Shown one piece after another: positions 18,601 to 27,267 of a stretch of DNA of 59,448 nucleotides; within the stretch, counting starts at the first letter, position 1, and each line of letters starts with the position of its first letter. A program made the position numbers and the translations under genes. The notes under the pieces were generated by a model. It was not told the DNA's origin, searched no databases, and saw only the letters and a list, made by a program, of their open reading frames with translations. Where the stretch lies: the IMG/VR virus record IMGVR_UViG_3300045988_164453; one strand, written 5' to 3'. This DNA is from a virus.

Positions 18601-19181
18601 TGAGGTATAGATATATTATCCCAAGAATCATCATTATAATTTTTACCAGTTTCAGTTGTTGAATTATAACTTGTATCAGATGTAGAAGAAATTAATTTAA
18701 ACTTACAATCAGATAATTTACTTAATGAATTAATTTTTACAGTTGAACCTAATATTTGAGAAATTTTAGTTGCTAATTCTTGCCAACTATCATTGCTTGT
18801 CGCATTTATCCCTTTGCCAGTAATAGCTTGAGCAATTAAATCTTTTCCATTACTGGCATTTTGAAAAACCTCATTTATTGCACCTTTTAAATCTTGTGCT
18901 GTTGTTTGTAATGTTTCGTCTCCTATTTGTTTCGCAATTTCTTTATATTGTGCAGCAACTTCATTTACTGCACCTTTAACAGTTTTAGCAGTTGTAGTTA
19001 ATTCCTCAGTACCTAAATCGGTTTTAATGGTATTTATATCAGTTTTTATTGCTGAATCGTCATAAGGTGTACCGCCTCCACCTGAATTTTGATGTGCTGC
19101 CTCTATACCATTTTCCATATTGTTTAACGCTTCTTTTGTAATTCTGTCTCCACTTTTCCATACTTTTTTATTATAAGACAT
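15615..19181 (-). CDS. Tail fibre 2 with an internal glycoside hydrolase family 2 module (1188 aa)
   Basis: N-terminal fibre motif WKSGDRITKEALNNMENGIEAAH. GH2 blocks: VYIYFDGIYMESDVYINGTKV, WLNGKNLKLRGVCMHHD, GVNAIRITHNP, PSIIMWSIGNE. Ig-like C-terminal domains. Confidence 0.8.
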   Translation of the reverse strand: MSYNKKVWKSGDRITKEALNNMENGIEAAHQNSGGGGTPYDDSAIKTDINTIKTDLGTEELTTTAKTVKGAVNEVAAQYKEIAKQIGDETLQTTAQDLKGAINEVFQNASNGKDLIAQAITGKGINATSNDSWQELATKISQILGSTVKINSLSKLSDCKFKLISSTSDTSYNSTTETGKNYNDDSWDNISIPHDWSIYNSFNSSSPSGYEGGYLDGGDAWYRFKLKTAKLEGQKVYIYFDGIYMESDVYINGTKVKDNKWYNPFYVEITDYLQYDNNDTLAVFVRNQQPSSRWYSGSGIIRNAYLVSANDVEIGINDIKITTPTLETDVKTNIANTKIDIKINSTAAKTVNLVNEIYFNNSLVKSNTKEITLSIGSNSVTDTIQINNPTLWDEYSGNLYTLKTYVKEGEVIYHSSETKYGYRYFKFDKDTGFWLNGKNLKLRGVCMHHDLGCLGAEVNKSAIERQIDLLIDMGVNAIRITHNPGSSEFLNVCAEKGILTIEEMFDCWTCAKKSNDFARYYNSHAKEVIDNTINRDKNNPSIIMWSIGNEIIRTSSSYDSATATGFVQNMINWIKAIDNERMVTMGDDTPTNSISQDCMQLLDVIGVNYGSSSEYSSVKTAIPNKSIYGSETTSALSSRGVYARDNTNKQCSSFDDDKVNWGEYASIELKKHMTDINYLAGMFVWTGFDYIGEPTPFNKYPTKSSYFGIYDTCGFPKDIMYMYQSRWTNNPMVHILPHWDWTDGNIKVWLYSNCYKVGLFLNGKSLGEKLQTGIGNKYQFEYSVTYTKGTLVANGYNQSGDIVAQDIIYTSQGTPTTVKLSTDKTNVNIGSDDLVFITCDIVDKNGVIVPTANNKITFTVEGGTIVGTDNGDATCVEKYRINIKSAFNGKVLCVVKHNGVRGNMIIKANGDNLSEKSITVVKGDKTTLTQKTKQSFIDATKPTIYDYPGTVKNYTITNNLTNCINSNVSTTIKENGNYLATITANINYKLGNVTVTMGGVDITSTSYSNGVITINSVTGNIVITANATATSSFTPVHGNGTSRISLYDGEFDGNSKEIYCEIDLATCKNVNEVIFSAGNDIANWAGCNMHMYYDQASKELQINFTDDKGAFARSVIALNDFNLNIRLNKNGLYVNDDLVTGYAGNKVGAYASYMSNFAKLKSIQIGAKQGDNLSNATYNNLIIRNITE
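18820..18910. repeat. 91-nt direct repeat shared with 24218..24308 (fibre N-terminal module)
   Basis: About 86 of 91 nt are identical when aligned by eye; encodes AINEVFQ.ASNGK.LIAQAITGKG. Confidence 0.85.
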
Positions 19182-19194
19182 TTTATCCCTCCTT

Positions 19195-19223
19195 ATAAAA
19201 AGAGGACCTATGAAGATCCTCTT
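19195..19223 (-). terminator. Intrinsic terminator directly upstream of the GH2 fibre gene
   Basis: Minus strand AAGAGGA-N10-TCCTCTT followed by TTTTT. Confidence 0.6.
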
Positions 19224-19246
19224 AAATGATAATAAAAAAGAGAAGA

Positions 19247-19384
19247 TTAATTTTCTATTAAATCTTCTCTGCCTTCTGCTACTAATATAATGTCTATTCG
19301 TTCTTTATATTTGCTAAACTTACTCATAACCTTTGCATAACTAAGGTTACCTTTCATTATTTGTAATGCTAAATATCCAGCCAT
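19247..19384 (-). CDS. Hypothetical small protein (45 aa), in the XkdX-like position
   Basis: MAGYLALQIMKGNLSYAKVMSKFSKYKERIDIILVAEGREDLIEN; AAGGAGGTG RBS. Confidence 0.45.
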   Translation of the reverse strand: MAGYLALQIMKGNLSYAKVMSKFSKYKERIDIILVAEGREDLIEN

Positions 19385-19386
19385 TC

Positions 19387-19542
19387 TTATTCACCTCCTT
19401 CTTCTCCAAATAATAAAACATTCAATGCAGTTTGAGTTAGTTCTAATTCTGATTTTAATTCTTCAACTTCCTTTTTTAGTTTTCCATTTTCTTCTTTTTC
19501 CTTATTTATTTCTATCAATGATTTTTCATGAAATACTTTCAT
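19387..19542 (-). CDS. Hypothetical coiled-coil small protein (51 aa)
   Basis: MKVFHEKSLIEINKEKEENGKLKKEVEELKSELELTQ...; GAGAGGTG upstream. Confidence 0.4.
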   Translation of the reverse strand: MKVFHEKSLIEINKEKEENGKLKKEVEELKSELELTQTALNVLLFGEEGGE

Positions 19543-19561
19543 TATTCATATGCACCTCTCT

Positions 19562-20116
19562 TTATACATATTCCCATATAAGTTTTGTACCATCAGGCAA
19601 TTTACCAGCAGACTTTAATGTATGCTTACAACATTTAGCTATATTTTGATGTGCTACACCAGTTAATGACTCGGCTTCTGTTGCTGATTTGTATGTTGTA
19701 TCAGTGGTGATGCATCTTACAGGCTTTTTATTAGCTTCGACTGCTATATATATAGTTTGTTTTCCATGTTTTCCCGAAGCTAAACCGTTAGTATATGCAT
19801 GAGCCATGTTTTCTTTATTCGTACACCATTCAAGGTTAGATATATGATTATTTTGTTTATTACCATCTATATGGTTTATTTGAGGTTTTTTGTTTGGATT
19901 TTCTAAAAAAGCCTTGGCTACCAATCTGTGTATTTTATAGGTTTTCTTTTTCCCATCTTTACGTAAACCAATAAGTAAATATCCATCTTTATCTTTGCCT
20001 GGTTGTAATATTTTAGTTTTACCTGTTCTTCTGTAATTAAGACTTCTAATATTACCTTTATTTGATATTTGGTACTTTCCCTCATAATTTTTTATGTCTT
20101 TCCATATTTCTTTCAT
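19562..20116 (-). CDS. HNH homing endonuclease (NUMOD4 plus HNH_3 type)
   Basis: WKDIKNYEGKYQISNKGNIRS; INHIDGNKQNNHISNLEWCTNKEN. Confidence 0.8.
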   Translation of the reverse strand: MKEIWKDIKNYEGKYQISNKGNIRSLNYRRTGKTKILQPGKDKDGYLLIGLRKDGKKKTYKIHRLVAKAFLENPNKKPQINHIDGNKQNNHISNLEWCTNKENMAHAYTNGLASGKHGKQTIYIAVEANKKPVRCITTDTTYKSATEAESLTGVAHQNIAKCCKHTLKSAGKLPDGTKLIWEYV

Positions 20117-20143
20117 ACAAAATCATTCCTCTCGATAACAGCA

Positions 20144-21589
20144 TCACTCATATGCTCCACCAAATCCAAATATTGCAACTTCTCCATCATATCCTTGATT
20201 CTTTGTAACTGTTATTCTTATTTTGATTCCCCATTTGGAAGCAGTTTTGCTTGTATTAGTAAATAAATGAGGTCTATTAAGTACTACCATAGTAGTTGCA
20301 TCTTCCCATGTAGGATCAGAGTCAAATCCATTGTTACATACTTCTACTTTTCCAACTCCTCCAGTTGTGGTCCATTGAGGGGATACTAATATCTTTGTTG
20401 CTTTTGCATCTGTTTCTATTGCATTTTTCATAACTATTTGTAGTTTTGTTATTTTTCTGGAAAATGTAATAGTCTTTGAACTACTTCCACCAAGAGCATC
20501 ACTTGCTATTATTTCTACTGTATTTGTATTAGATCCACAAGTAAGCCAGAACGTATCAGTTATTCCTACTGTATAGTTTGTATTTGTAGTTGCACTAAAT
20601 TGGTTTATTACTTCACCATTCAATTTTTCAGTTACAGTTATTGCATCTCCTTCATTATCTTTAACTGTATAAGTAATACTAGGTTTAGTTGTTAATTGCC
20701 CTAAGTCTGCTTGCCCTGTATAAGTTATAAATGGTGCTGAATTAGTCTTTACAAATGTATATCTTCTATATGTAGTAGCACTTCCGTCAGTAACTTCTAT
20801 TTCTATGGTATTGGTAGTATTCATGCTAAGAGAAACAAATAATTCATCTGTTATTGTAAATGTTAAAGTTGAATTTTGAGTTGGATTTTTTAATGTTCTT
20901 ATGATACTTCCATTTAATTTTTCTTTTACTGTTAATTCTTGGTCACTATCTTCATCTGATATAGAATAAGTTATACTAAATGAACTTGTTTTGTTTCCTA
21001 AATTTTCATCTTCTCCACTTATAGTAGGTGGATTATTTAATAATTCCAATGCAAGTATACATCCGTTAGCAGTTGAAGAGGTATACAGATCAAAATCATT
21101 TTCACCCCATAAACTTTTTATATAAGGAATATAATTATCTTTATTATATATAATATTGATAACGTTAGTTCCATTTAATATTGTAGATGTTAATGTATAT
21201 AGAGGATTAGAAGACGTTATTGAAAAATCCAATTGGTCTAATACAGTACTGCTTAGTTTATTTTGGAATTCATCCTTTGATAATAGCCTTAAATTATATA
21301 ATGAACCATTTATATTTAAAGTTTTATTTATATTAGCTCTTTCGATTACTTCATTATAAGATACATCTTTAAGTACAAAAGTTTGAGATATATATACTGT
21401 TTTACCATCAATTTTACTTTCTATCCATTTAAAACCATATTTACTATCTGTATTACCAACAAATGTGTATAATGCATAATCCTGAAAATTGGGCGCACTT
21501 TGACTTGGAACTTGTTGTAATTTTTTGCTATTTCCGTATTTATCAGTTCCTTGTAATGCTCCTATAGTTACTATATCACCTACTGCCAT
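20144..21589 (-). CDS. Tail fibre / receptor-binding-associated protein with two tandem ~95-aa Ig-like repeats
   Basis: 481 aa. Repeat pair: ...ITYSISDEDSDQELTVKEKLNGSIIRT... and ...ITYTVKDNEGDAITVTEKLNGEVINQ... Confidence 0.6.
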   Translation of the reverse strand: MAVGDIVTIGALQGTDKYGNSKKLQQVPSQSAPNFQDYALYTFVGNTDSKYGFKWIESKIDGKTVYISQTFVLKDVSYNEVIERANINKTLNINGSLYNLRLLSKDEFQNKLSSTVLDQLDFSITSSNPLYTLTSTILNGTNVINIIYNKDNYIPYIKSLWGENDFDLYTSSTANGCILALELLNNPPTISGEDENLGNKTSSFSITYSISDEDSDQELTVKEKLNGSIIRTLKNPTQNSTLTFTITDELFVSLSMNTTNTIEIEVTDGSATTYRRYTFVKTNSAPFITYTGQADLGQLTTKPSITYTVKDNEGDAITVTEKLNGEVINQFSATTNTNYTVGITDTFWLTCGSNTNTVEIIASDALGGSSSKTITFSRKITKLQIVMKNAIETDAKATKILVSPQWTTTGGVGKVEVCNNGFDSDPTWEDATTMVVLNRPHLFTNTSKTASKWGIKIRITVTKNQGYDGEVAIFGFGGAYE

Positions 21590-21604
21590 CCAATCACTTC
21601 CTTT

Positions 21605-21916
21605 CTAATAATAAACCTTACCTAAAATTGGACTATAAATCCCATCAACAATATTAATATCATCTAGAGTAGTTAAATCTTCTAAGAAATTGTTATGCGG
21701 CATATTATTTATAAGATTATCTTCTAATACTTTTACTTTTGTTTGCATATTTTTTACAGCTGTCTCCATTACAATCATTTCACTATGTGCTGATTCTATG
21801 CCATCTTCCATATGATTCATAAGTCTAGCACAATACAAAGTACCAACTTGCAATACTTCTCCTGTATCAACATCTTCTATGTGGTCTATCCATTCATTCT
21901 TTGTATATATACTCAT
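21605..21916 (-). CDS. Small fibre-module protein carrying the same N-terminal fibre motif (103 aa)
   Basis: WIDHIEDVDTGEVLQVGTLYCARLMNHMEDGIESAH. Confidence 0.5.
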   Translation of the reverse strand: MSIYTKNEWIDHIEDVDTGEVLQVGTLYCARLMNHMEDGIESAHSEMIVMETAVKNMQTKVKVLEDNLINNMPHNNFLEDLTTLDDINIVDGIYSPILGKVYY

Positions 21917-21919
21917 TTT

Positions 21920-22219
21920 TTACACCTCCGTAAATTCATGCTTAAATGCTATATACAATGCCTTATCAGTAGTTCTTTCATAGACTTTCTTGTCTTGTGC
22001 TACTATATCCCCATCTTTATCTATTACTCTTATATTTGTAATTTTTCCTTTGTAATTCTCATCAAAGAATACATAAGCACAAGCAGTATTTCCTATTACT
22101 TTTTTAGAAAAAAAATCTATTTCTTTTTCTTCTCCATCAAGTGTATATTTAACATTTTTCAGTTTGCTAATATAATAATTTGCTAATTTATTAAGTGCCT
22201 TATCTGTAAGAGTTCTCAA
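21920..22219 (-). CDS. Hypothetical fibre-module protein (99 aa)
   Basis: The probable TTG at 22219 lies 8 nt after GGAGG; the track start at 22228 lies inside that RBS. Confidence 0.5.
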   Translation of the reverse strand: MRTLTDKALNKLANYYISKLKNVKYTLDGEEKEIDFFSKKVIGNTACAYVFFDENYKGKITNIRVIDKDGDIVAQDKKVYERTTDKALYIAFKHEFTEV

Positions 22220-22231
22220 GTTTATCACCTC

Positions 22232-24475
22232 CTAATGTGATATAGCGTTATTGCTGACATTTAATGTTATACTCTTTGAAACACCGCTCTTAGAAGTTGC
22301 TGTGATAGTAGCTGAACCACTTGAACTAGCTGCAACACAAAATCCACTATGAACAGTAATAACACTTTCATTATTTGATTTCCAGCTTAAAGCTTTGTTG
22401 ATACAGTTATCATTAAACGTTGCTCTAACTACGCAATTATTTTCATTGAAATCTGTTGCTTGAATTGTGAAATCGCTACTATTAAGTACTACATTTTCTG
22501 TACTTAAAGGATAATATTTAACCCAGTCAACATATTGTGTTATTTCAGTTGTATCACTATCAGGAGTACCACCACTAGCTCCTATCGCTTGGTTAAGTAA
22601 AATATAATGTGGTATATGGAAGGCTCTATTATCAGTAGCATTTGTTCTTGATAATTCATTTCCATCAATAGAGAAAATTAATGTACCATCCGTTTTCCAT
22701 TCCATTGCAAATATATGCCAATCACCAGTTGTATAATTATCATACCATACACGACCACTTTCTTCCCTTTGATTGAAGAATGTTCCGCAAGTTAATTTTT
22801 TATTATAAAATTCAACTATATCAAATTCTCCACAATACGCCCACCATTCGCCCAAAGTATCCGGGTTACCATTTTCTTTATATCCAAATTCAAAACTATC
22901 TCCTAAAGTCCAAAATGCTCCAAATGCTCCATTTAAGTTGCATAATTTAACACGTGCCTCTATTTTCCCATACATAAATGCAAAATGACCTTTTGATATA
23001 ATAGAAGATGAAGTCCAATTCCCACTACTATCCTTCAAACCTCTTAATTCTAAAATACCATCATTGATTTCTGCATTAGTATTTGTATATCTTTGGGTTT
23101 CATTATTTCTTACATATCCTAATTCATATCCCCATTTATTTGAATCTATTGTGTTACTTGAAAAATCGTCTATAACGTAAGCTCCATCGCTATCTAGCAA
23201 AGCACTTGTACTAGAAGATGATTTAGTCAATATTCCAGTTACTTGTGTACCGCCACTTGTACCACATATTCTAATATATGAAGCACCAGCTGGCACATTA
23301 ATTGTTGTTGATAAAGACCCAACTGACCAGTCTGATGTATTATTTTCTATATATCCTCCTGAGTCATTGCCTAGATAAGTATCACTACTATTATAGAAAC
23401 ATACACAAACATAACTTATAGGATTTAAATCAAGTGTATATTTTCCGGATGGAGTTACTGCTATTTTATCAACTGTGCTATAGTATTTTCCATCGGTAGT
23501 ATCTGTAATTACCCCATTATCAAGTTTTTTATACTGAGTGAAAGTTAATCCACTATTATCTACTAAAGTAACTGTGAATACATTACTTGTCTTAGTAGTT
23601 CCACTTGCAGTTGTTACTCTTATAGCCATACTATATGTTCCAGCACTACCTTGGTTGTCATGCTTGAATTTGTAATTTGTTCCATTTACTACAACATCAC
23701 TTGTTTTATCGTAGAACGTATTTCCACCGTCCCATGATACTTCATGTTTTGCTACTGCTATGTTAGTGGTATATTCAATATAGAATTCTGTGTTAGGAGT
23801 TTGTGTTATGTTTGCTATATTACTTATAGTTAGTGTTTCGGTAGCACTTATAGATATAATTAAATCTCCAGTAACTTTAGATATGTTTATTTCATTATTA
23901 TTAAAAGCAGTAGAAGTTATATCTACTCCTCCCATAGTTATGCTTATTGAAGTTATTCCATACCCACTATTGGCAGTTATAGTAGCAGAGTAACTATTCC
24001 CATAATCTATTTGTATTGCAGAGTTACTATTACTTACATTAGTTAATTTATTAGTTATACTAAATTTGATTATTGTAGCAGTTATATTCCCGTTATCATC
24101 CTCAGATAATGTATATTTTTTATTATCAAGTGTTAATATTTTTCCAGTAACCTTCCCACTTATCAAGCTTATATTAGTAGCCATTGTTTGAAACGTATCT
24201 GTATTACTTGTTGCTACCCCTTTGCCAGTAATAGCTTGAGCAATTAAAGTTTTACCATTACTGGCATATTGAAAAACCTCATTTATTGCACCTTTTAAAT
24301 CTTTTGCTAATGTAGATAACGTTCCAGATCCTATTATATTTTTTATTTCTGTGTCATCATAATTATGCAGATTCTTCAATTCTTGATGCGCTTCATATAT
24401 CCCATTTTCAATATTATTAATATCTTCTTGTTTCATAATATCGCCGGTTTTCCATACTTTCTTTTTATATGCCAT
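22232..24475 (-). CDS. Tail fibre 1 with a glycoside hydrolase family 16 (beta-glucanase-like) module and a C-terminal Ig-like domain (747 aa)
   Basis: N-terminal WKTGDIMKQEDINNIENGIYEAH; GH16 catalytic block GEFDIVE (ExDxxE) within a concanavalin-like region; Big_2-like C-terminus. Confidence 0.75.
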   Translation of the reverse strand: MAYKKKVWKTGDIMKQEDINNIENGIYEAHQELKNLHNYDDTEIKNIIGSGTLSTLAKDLKGAINEVFQYASNGKTLIAQAITGKGVATSNTDTFQTMATNISLISGKVTGKILTLDNKKYTLSEDDNGNITATIIKFSITNKLTNVSNSNSAIQIDYGNSYSATITANSGYGITSISITMGGVDITSTAFNNNEINISKVTGDLIISISATETLTISNIANITQTPNTEFYIEYTTNIAVAKHEVSWDGGNTFYDKTSDVVVNGTNYKFKHDNQGSAGTYSMAIRVTTASGTTKTSNVFTVTLVDNSGLTFTQYKKLDNGVITDTTDGKYYSTVDKIAVTPSGKYTLDLNPISYVCVCFYNSSDTYLGNDSGGYIENNTSDWSVGSLSTTINVPAGASYIRICGTSGGTQVTGILTKSSSSTSALLDSDGAYVIDDFSSNTIDSNKWGYELGYVRNNETQRYTNTNAEINDGILELRGLKDSSGNWTSSSIISKGHFAFMYGKIEARVKLCNLNGAFGAFWTLGDSFEFGYKENGNPDTLGEWWAYCGEFDIVEFYNKKLTCGTFFNQREESGRVWYDNYTTGDWHIFAMEWKTDGTLIFSIDGNELSRTNATDNRAFHIPHYILLNQAIGASGGTPDSDTTEITQYVDWVKYYPLSTENVVLNSSDFTIQATDFNENNCVVRATFNDNCINKALSWKSNNESVITVHSGFCVAASSSGSATITATSKSGVSKSITLNVSNNAISH
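24218..24308. repeat. Partner of the 18820..18910 direct repeat
   Basis: See 18820..18910. Confidence 0.85.
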
Positions 24476-24493
24476 ATATTCACCTTCTTTCAG

Positions 24494-25345
24494 TTATAAA
24501 ATTTTGCTATATCCTATCTTTAATTCGCCTATTTTAGAACTTGTATTTTCTGTTTCTGTTACAATAGCATAATCAACAAAAGCATAATCAACAATATTGC
24601 TTGTATTTTCATCCCCTACGATAGCATAATCAACAAAAGCATAATCAACAATATTATTTTTACTTGGATTATGTATTAATTCAAATTCCTCTTTTGACAT
24701 TTTTATTATATTTTTATATAGTCCACAAATAGGTAAATTGCTATATCCATCATAAGTTCTTGCTTGTATTACTTTTCCTATATTGCCATATCCATCTGAA
24801 TAAGGTTTCCACCAAGTACCAACTCTAAATGTATTGCACTCCGGCAACTTAGATAATGCTATTCTCTGATTGCTATTAATTACTACTGTTCCCTTTGAAG
24901 CAAAAGTAAATGAATAATTCAAATGAGCTGGTTTATATAGTTCAATTGCATTAATAAGGTCTGAAAAATTACTGCTTTCAAATTTTGCATTTTCTAAAGT
25001 AAGATTAAAAATGTAATGTGCATTATCTTCTTCAACTGTTACATTTTCAACATCAAAAAAGGAGTATGCAAGTTGCTTTACTACTTCGATAGTAGTTGTT
25101 TTGCTACCCCTCATTTTAGTTAAAATTATACTTCTTCTTTCTTCATATGTTTTTCCTATGCCTCGTGGTAAATATAGCATATTTTCCCAATAATCTAATC
25201 CCCAAGTTGCAGTTAAAACATACATTTGTCTTAATACATCTTCTATTTCTTCAACTAATATATCTCTTTCTTTTTGTTCAGCTTCTATAATAGGCCTAGT
25301 ATATCCATTGTCATAAAAATAAGGTAGTTTATCGATTAAATCCAA
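24494..25345 (-). CDS. XkdU/YmfQ-like (DUF2313-type) baseplate-distal tail protein
   Basis: LPYFYDNGYTRPIIEAEQKE...TWGLDYWENML...ERRSIILTKMRG; C-terminal duplicated NIVDYAFVDYAIV; TTG start. Confidence 0.65.
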   Translation of the reverse strand: MDLIDKLPYFYDNGYTRPIIEAEQKERDILVEEIEDVLRQMYVLTATWGLDYWENMLYLPRGIGKTYEERRSIILTKMRGSKTTTIEVVKQLAYSFFDVENVTVEEDNAHYIFNLTLENAKFESSNFSDLINAIELYKPAHLNYSFTFASKGTVVINSNQRIALSKLPECNTFRVGTWWKPYSDGYGNIGKVIQARTYDGYSNLPICGLYKNIIKMSKEEFELIHNPSKNNIVDYAFVDYAIVGDENTSNIVDYAFVDYAIVTETENTSSKIGELKIGYSKIL

Positions 25346-26401
25346 CTAAACCACCTCGCTCACCGAAATTGTAATTGTATCTATAACAGGAATATAATAA
25401 TCTCCGACAGGTATATTTTCTTGCTTGCTATTTATTGTATATGCTACTATATCATCTACAGCCTCTAAATCACCAACTACTGATAATGCTTTATAATATA
25501 TAATATCTTCATCTTCCAAATTATTCACATAATCTGATAAGACTGTTGATATTTGTTCCTTTGTATCATCTAACGAATAAGCACTATCTAGTTTTATTTT
25601 AATATCAAATGTTAATTTTAATAACTGTGGAGTATCAACTGTTACAGTTGCTCCTATTGGTCTTTTTTCTTCTATATACGATATGACTGTACTTACAGTC
25701 TCTTCACTACATGGAAGATTGTCATTACCTATAATAAGCACTTTTACTGTTCCATTGCCATTCCAAAGAGGATATACTTTTACTCTTCCTACTCCGTCAC
25801 ACTCTAATGCCCATGCTTTATAATCATTAACATTTCCTGATGTCCTTGGATTTTGAATTATATATTTAAATCTTTCCTTAAGTTCTTCGTCTGTTTCAGT
25901 ATCTACACCATTTTCAAATGCAGTTTCATTAGTTAATGAAGTAACTCCACCTATATGCTCTGCAAATTCAAAAGTGGACCCAGCTGGTAAATTATATTTA
26001 TATCCTATTTCTGTTGCTTCTACATATAAAGTATCTTCATTTGGTAAAAGCATATCGTTTAATACTATATATTCTAATCCATTAGATGTAATTATTGTAC
26101 TGTTGCCTATAAAAGTATCATCTAATCCAGTAACCTTTATAGCTCCAGTTGCTTTTTCTCCGTCTTTTCTGTATACCCCAAATTCATTAACTCTTTTATC
26201 CAAATAGTCGTCAAAAGTATCTTCTATAAATGCTAAATTAAGTATATCGCCCATAGAGATATAAGCTTTCGCTAATTCCTCGGCCAATGGTGCTAATAAG
26301 TTAAATGATACTGAACCTTCTCTAGTATCTAAATTATTAGCACTTGTATTTTCCAAAATTCTTTCAATTAAGGCTTCATATGTTTGCTCGCTAAACAACA
26401 A
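25346..26401 (-). CDS. Baseplate J-like protein (XkdT-like)
   Basis: 351 aa; TREGSVSFNLLAPLAEELAKAY...; position in the Xkd-type order. Confidence 0.75.
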   Translation of the reverse strand: MLFSEQTYEALIERILENTSANNLDTREGSVSFNLLAPLAEELAKAYISMGDILNLAFIEDTFDDYLDKRVNEFGVYRKDGEKATGAIKVTGLDDTFIGNSTIITSNGLEYIVLNDMLLPNEDTLYVEATEIGYKYNLPAGSTFEFAEHIGGVTSLTNETAFENGVDTETDEELKERFKYIIQNPRTSGNVNDYKAWALECDGVGRVKVYPLWNGNGTVKVLIIGNDNLPCSEETVSTVISYIEEKRPIGATVTVDTPQLLKLTFDIKIKLDSAYSLDDTKEQISTVLSDYVNNLEDEDIIYYKALSVVGDLEAVDDIVAYTINSKQENIPVGDYYIPVIDTITISVSEVV

Positions 26402-26852
26402 AATTCACCTCCAATTCTTCATAAATTGTTATTGCTCTCATATCTACTTGTAATGTATCTCCATCAAAATCTACTTCAAGTTTATTTATTTCTAATATAT
26501 AAGGATTTATCAATAATGCTTCTTCTATATATCTAGTAACCTCCATTTTAGTAAGTTCAGGAGTATAATTTTGTCCTAGCAATGTATCTATTTCACATCC
26601 AAAATCCCATGAATATATTGAAAAATAATATCTAAATGTTTTTATAGCGTGCCATATCCATACACATATAGCTTCATTTTCCTCTACTATCTTAAATTCA
26701 TTGTTAATAACAAGAGGATGTTCATTCTTGAAATCCCATGCTATTTCTCTATACAAAGGCAATGTGTCATCTTCTTCTAATTCTATGTCTGATACACTTT
26801 CAGTAATGTAGTCAATAAAGGGATAAAAACTATCATTGTATTCTTCATCCAT
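26391..26852 (-). CDS. XkdS-like baseplate protein
   Basis: 153 aa; synteny between the XkdR-like and baseplate J genes. Confidence 0.55.
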   Translation of the reverse strand: MDEEYNDSFYPFIDYITESVSDIELEEDDTLPLYREIAWDFKNEHPLVINNEFKIVEENEAICVWIWHAIKTFRYYFSIYSWDFGCEIDTLLGQNYTPELTKMEVTRYIEEALLINPYILEINKLEVDFDGDTLQVDMRAITIYEELEVNFVV

Positions 26853-27255
26853 CTATACTCACCACCTTTGATATAATATAAAAAATATCATCTTCTCTAA
26901 GCATTACAACTTTATCACCAATATTCAGCTTGTTTACATAATCTTTAGATTTATGAGAGTGTTCTCCTCCTGTATGAGTATGCGTTCCATCTCCTCCACC
27001 TTCTCCTGTTGCATGGCCTCCACCACTATGAGTATGTTCTCCTTTTGTATATGTTTGTGTTTCCTTATGTCTATCTAAGAGCCATTTATCTATCATGAGA
27101 TTATCTTTATCTAATTCTATTTCAGATGTTTTGATTATTAAATCTGGAAGAGGTGATACAACAATTCCTATATTCAATAATTTATTTTCTGTTATATTAC
27201 TTTTAGAAGTTTCTTTAATTATAGATAGAAATTCATTGTAAGGATTTTTTTCCAT
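26845..27255 (-). CDS. XkdR-like baseplate/spike protein with a His/Gly-rich tract
   Basis: 136 aa; HTHSGGGHATGEGGGDGTHTHTGGEHSH; synteny. Confidence 0.55.
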   Translation of the reverse strand: MEKNPYNEFLSIIKETSKSNITENKLLNIGIVVSPLPDLIIKTSEIELDKDNLMIDKWLLDRHKETQTYTKGEHTHSGGGHATGEGGGDGTHTHTGGEHSHKSKDYVNKLNIGDKVVMLREDDIFYIISKVVSIDG

Positions 27256-27267
27256 TAGATCACCACC

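Noticed and set aside
22232-24475. Possible diversity-generating retroelement target in the fibre C-termini
   Set aside because: No reverse transcriptase gene and no template repeat with adenine-specific mismatches were found. The fibre repeats are module sharing between paralogues.
24560-24650. ~45-nt direct duplication
   Set aside because: It is an in-frame duplication (NIVDYAFVDYAIV x2) at the C-terminus of the XkdU-like protein, with no sign of a separate element.
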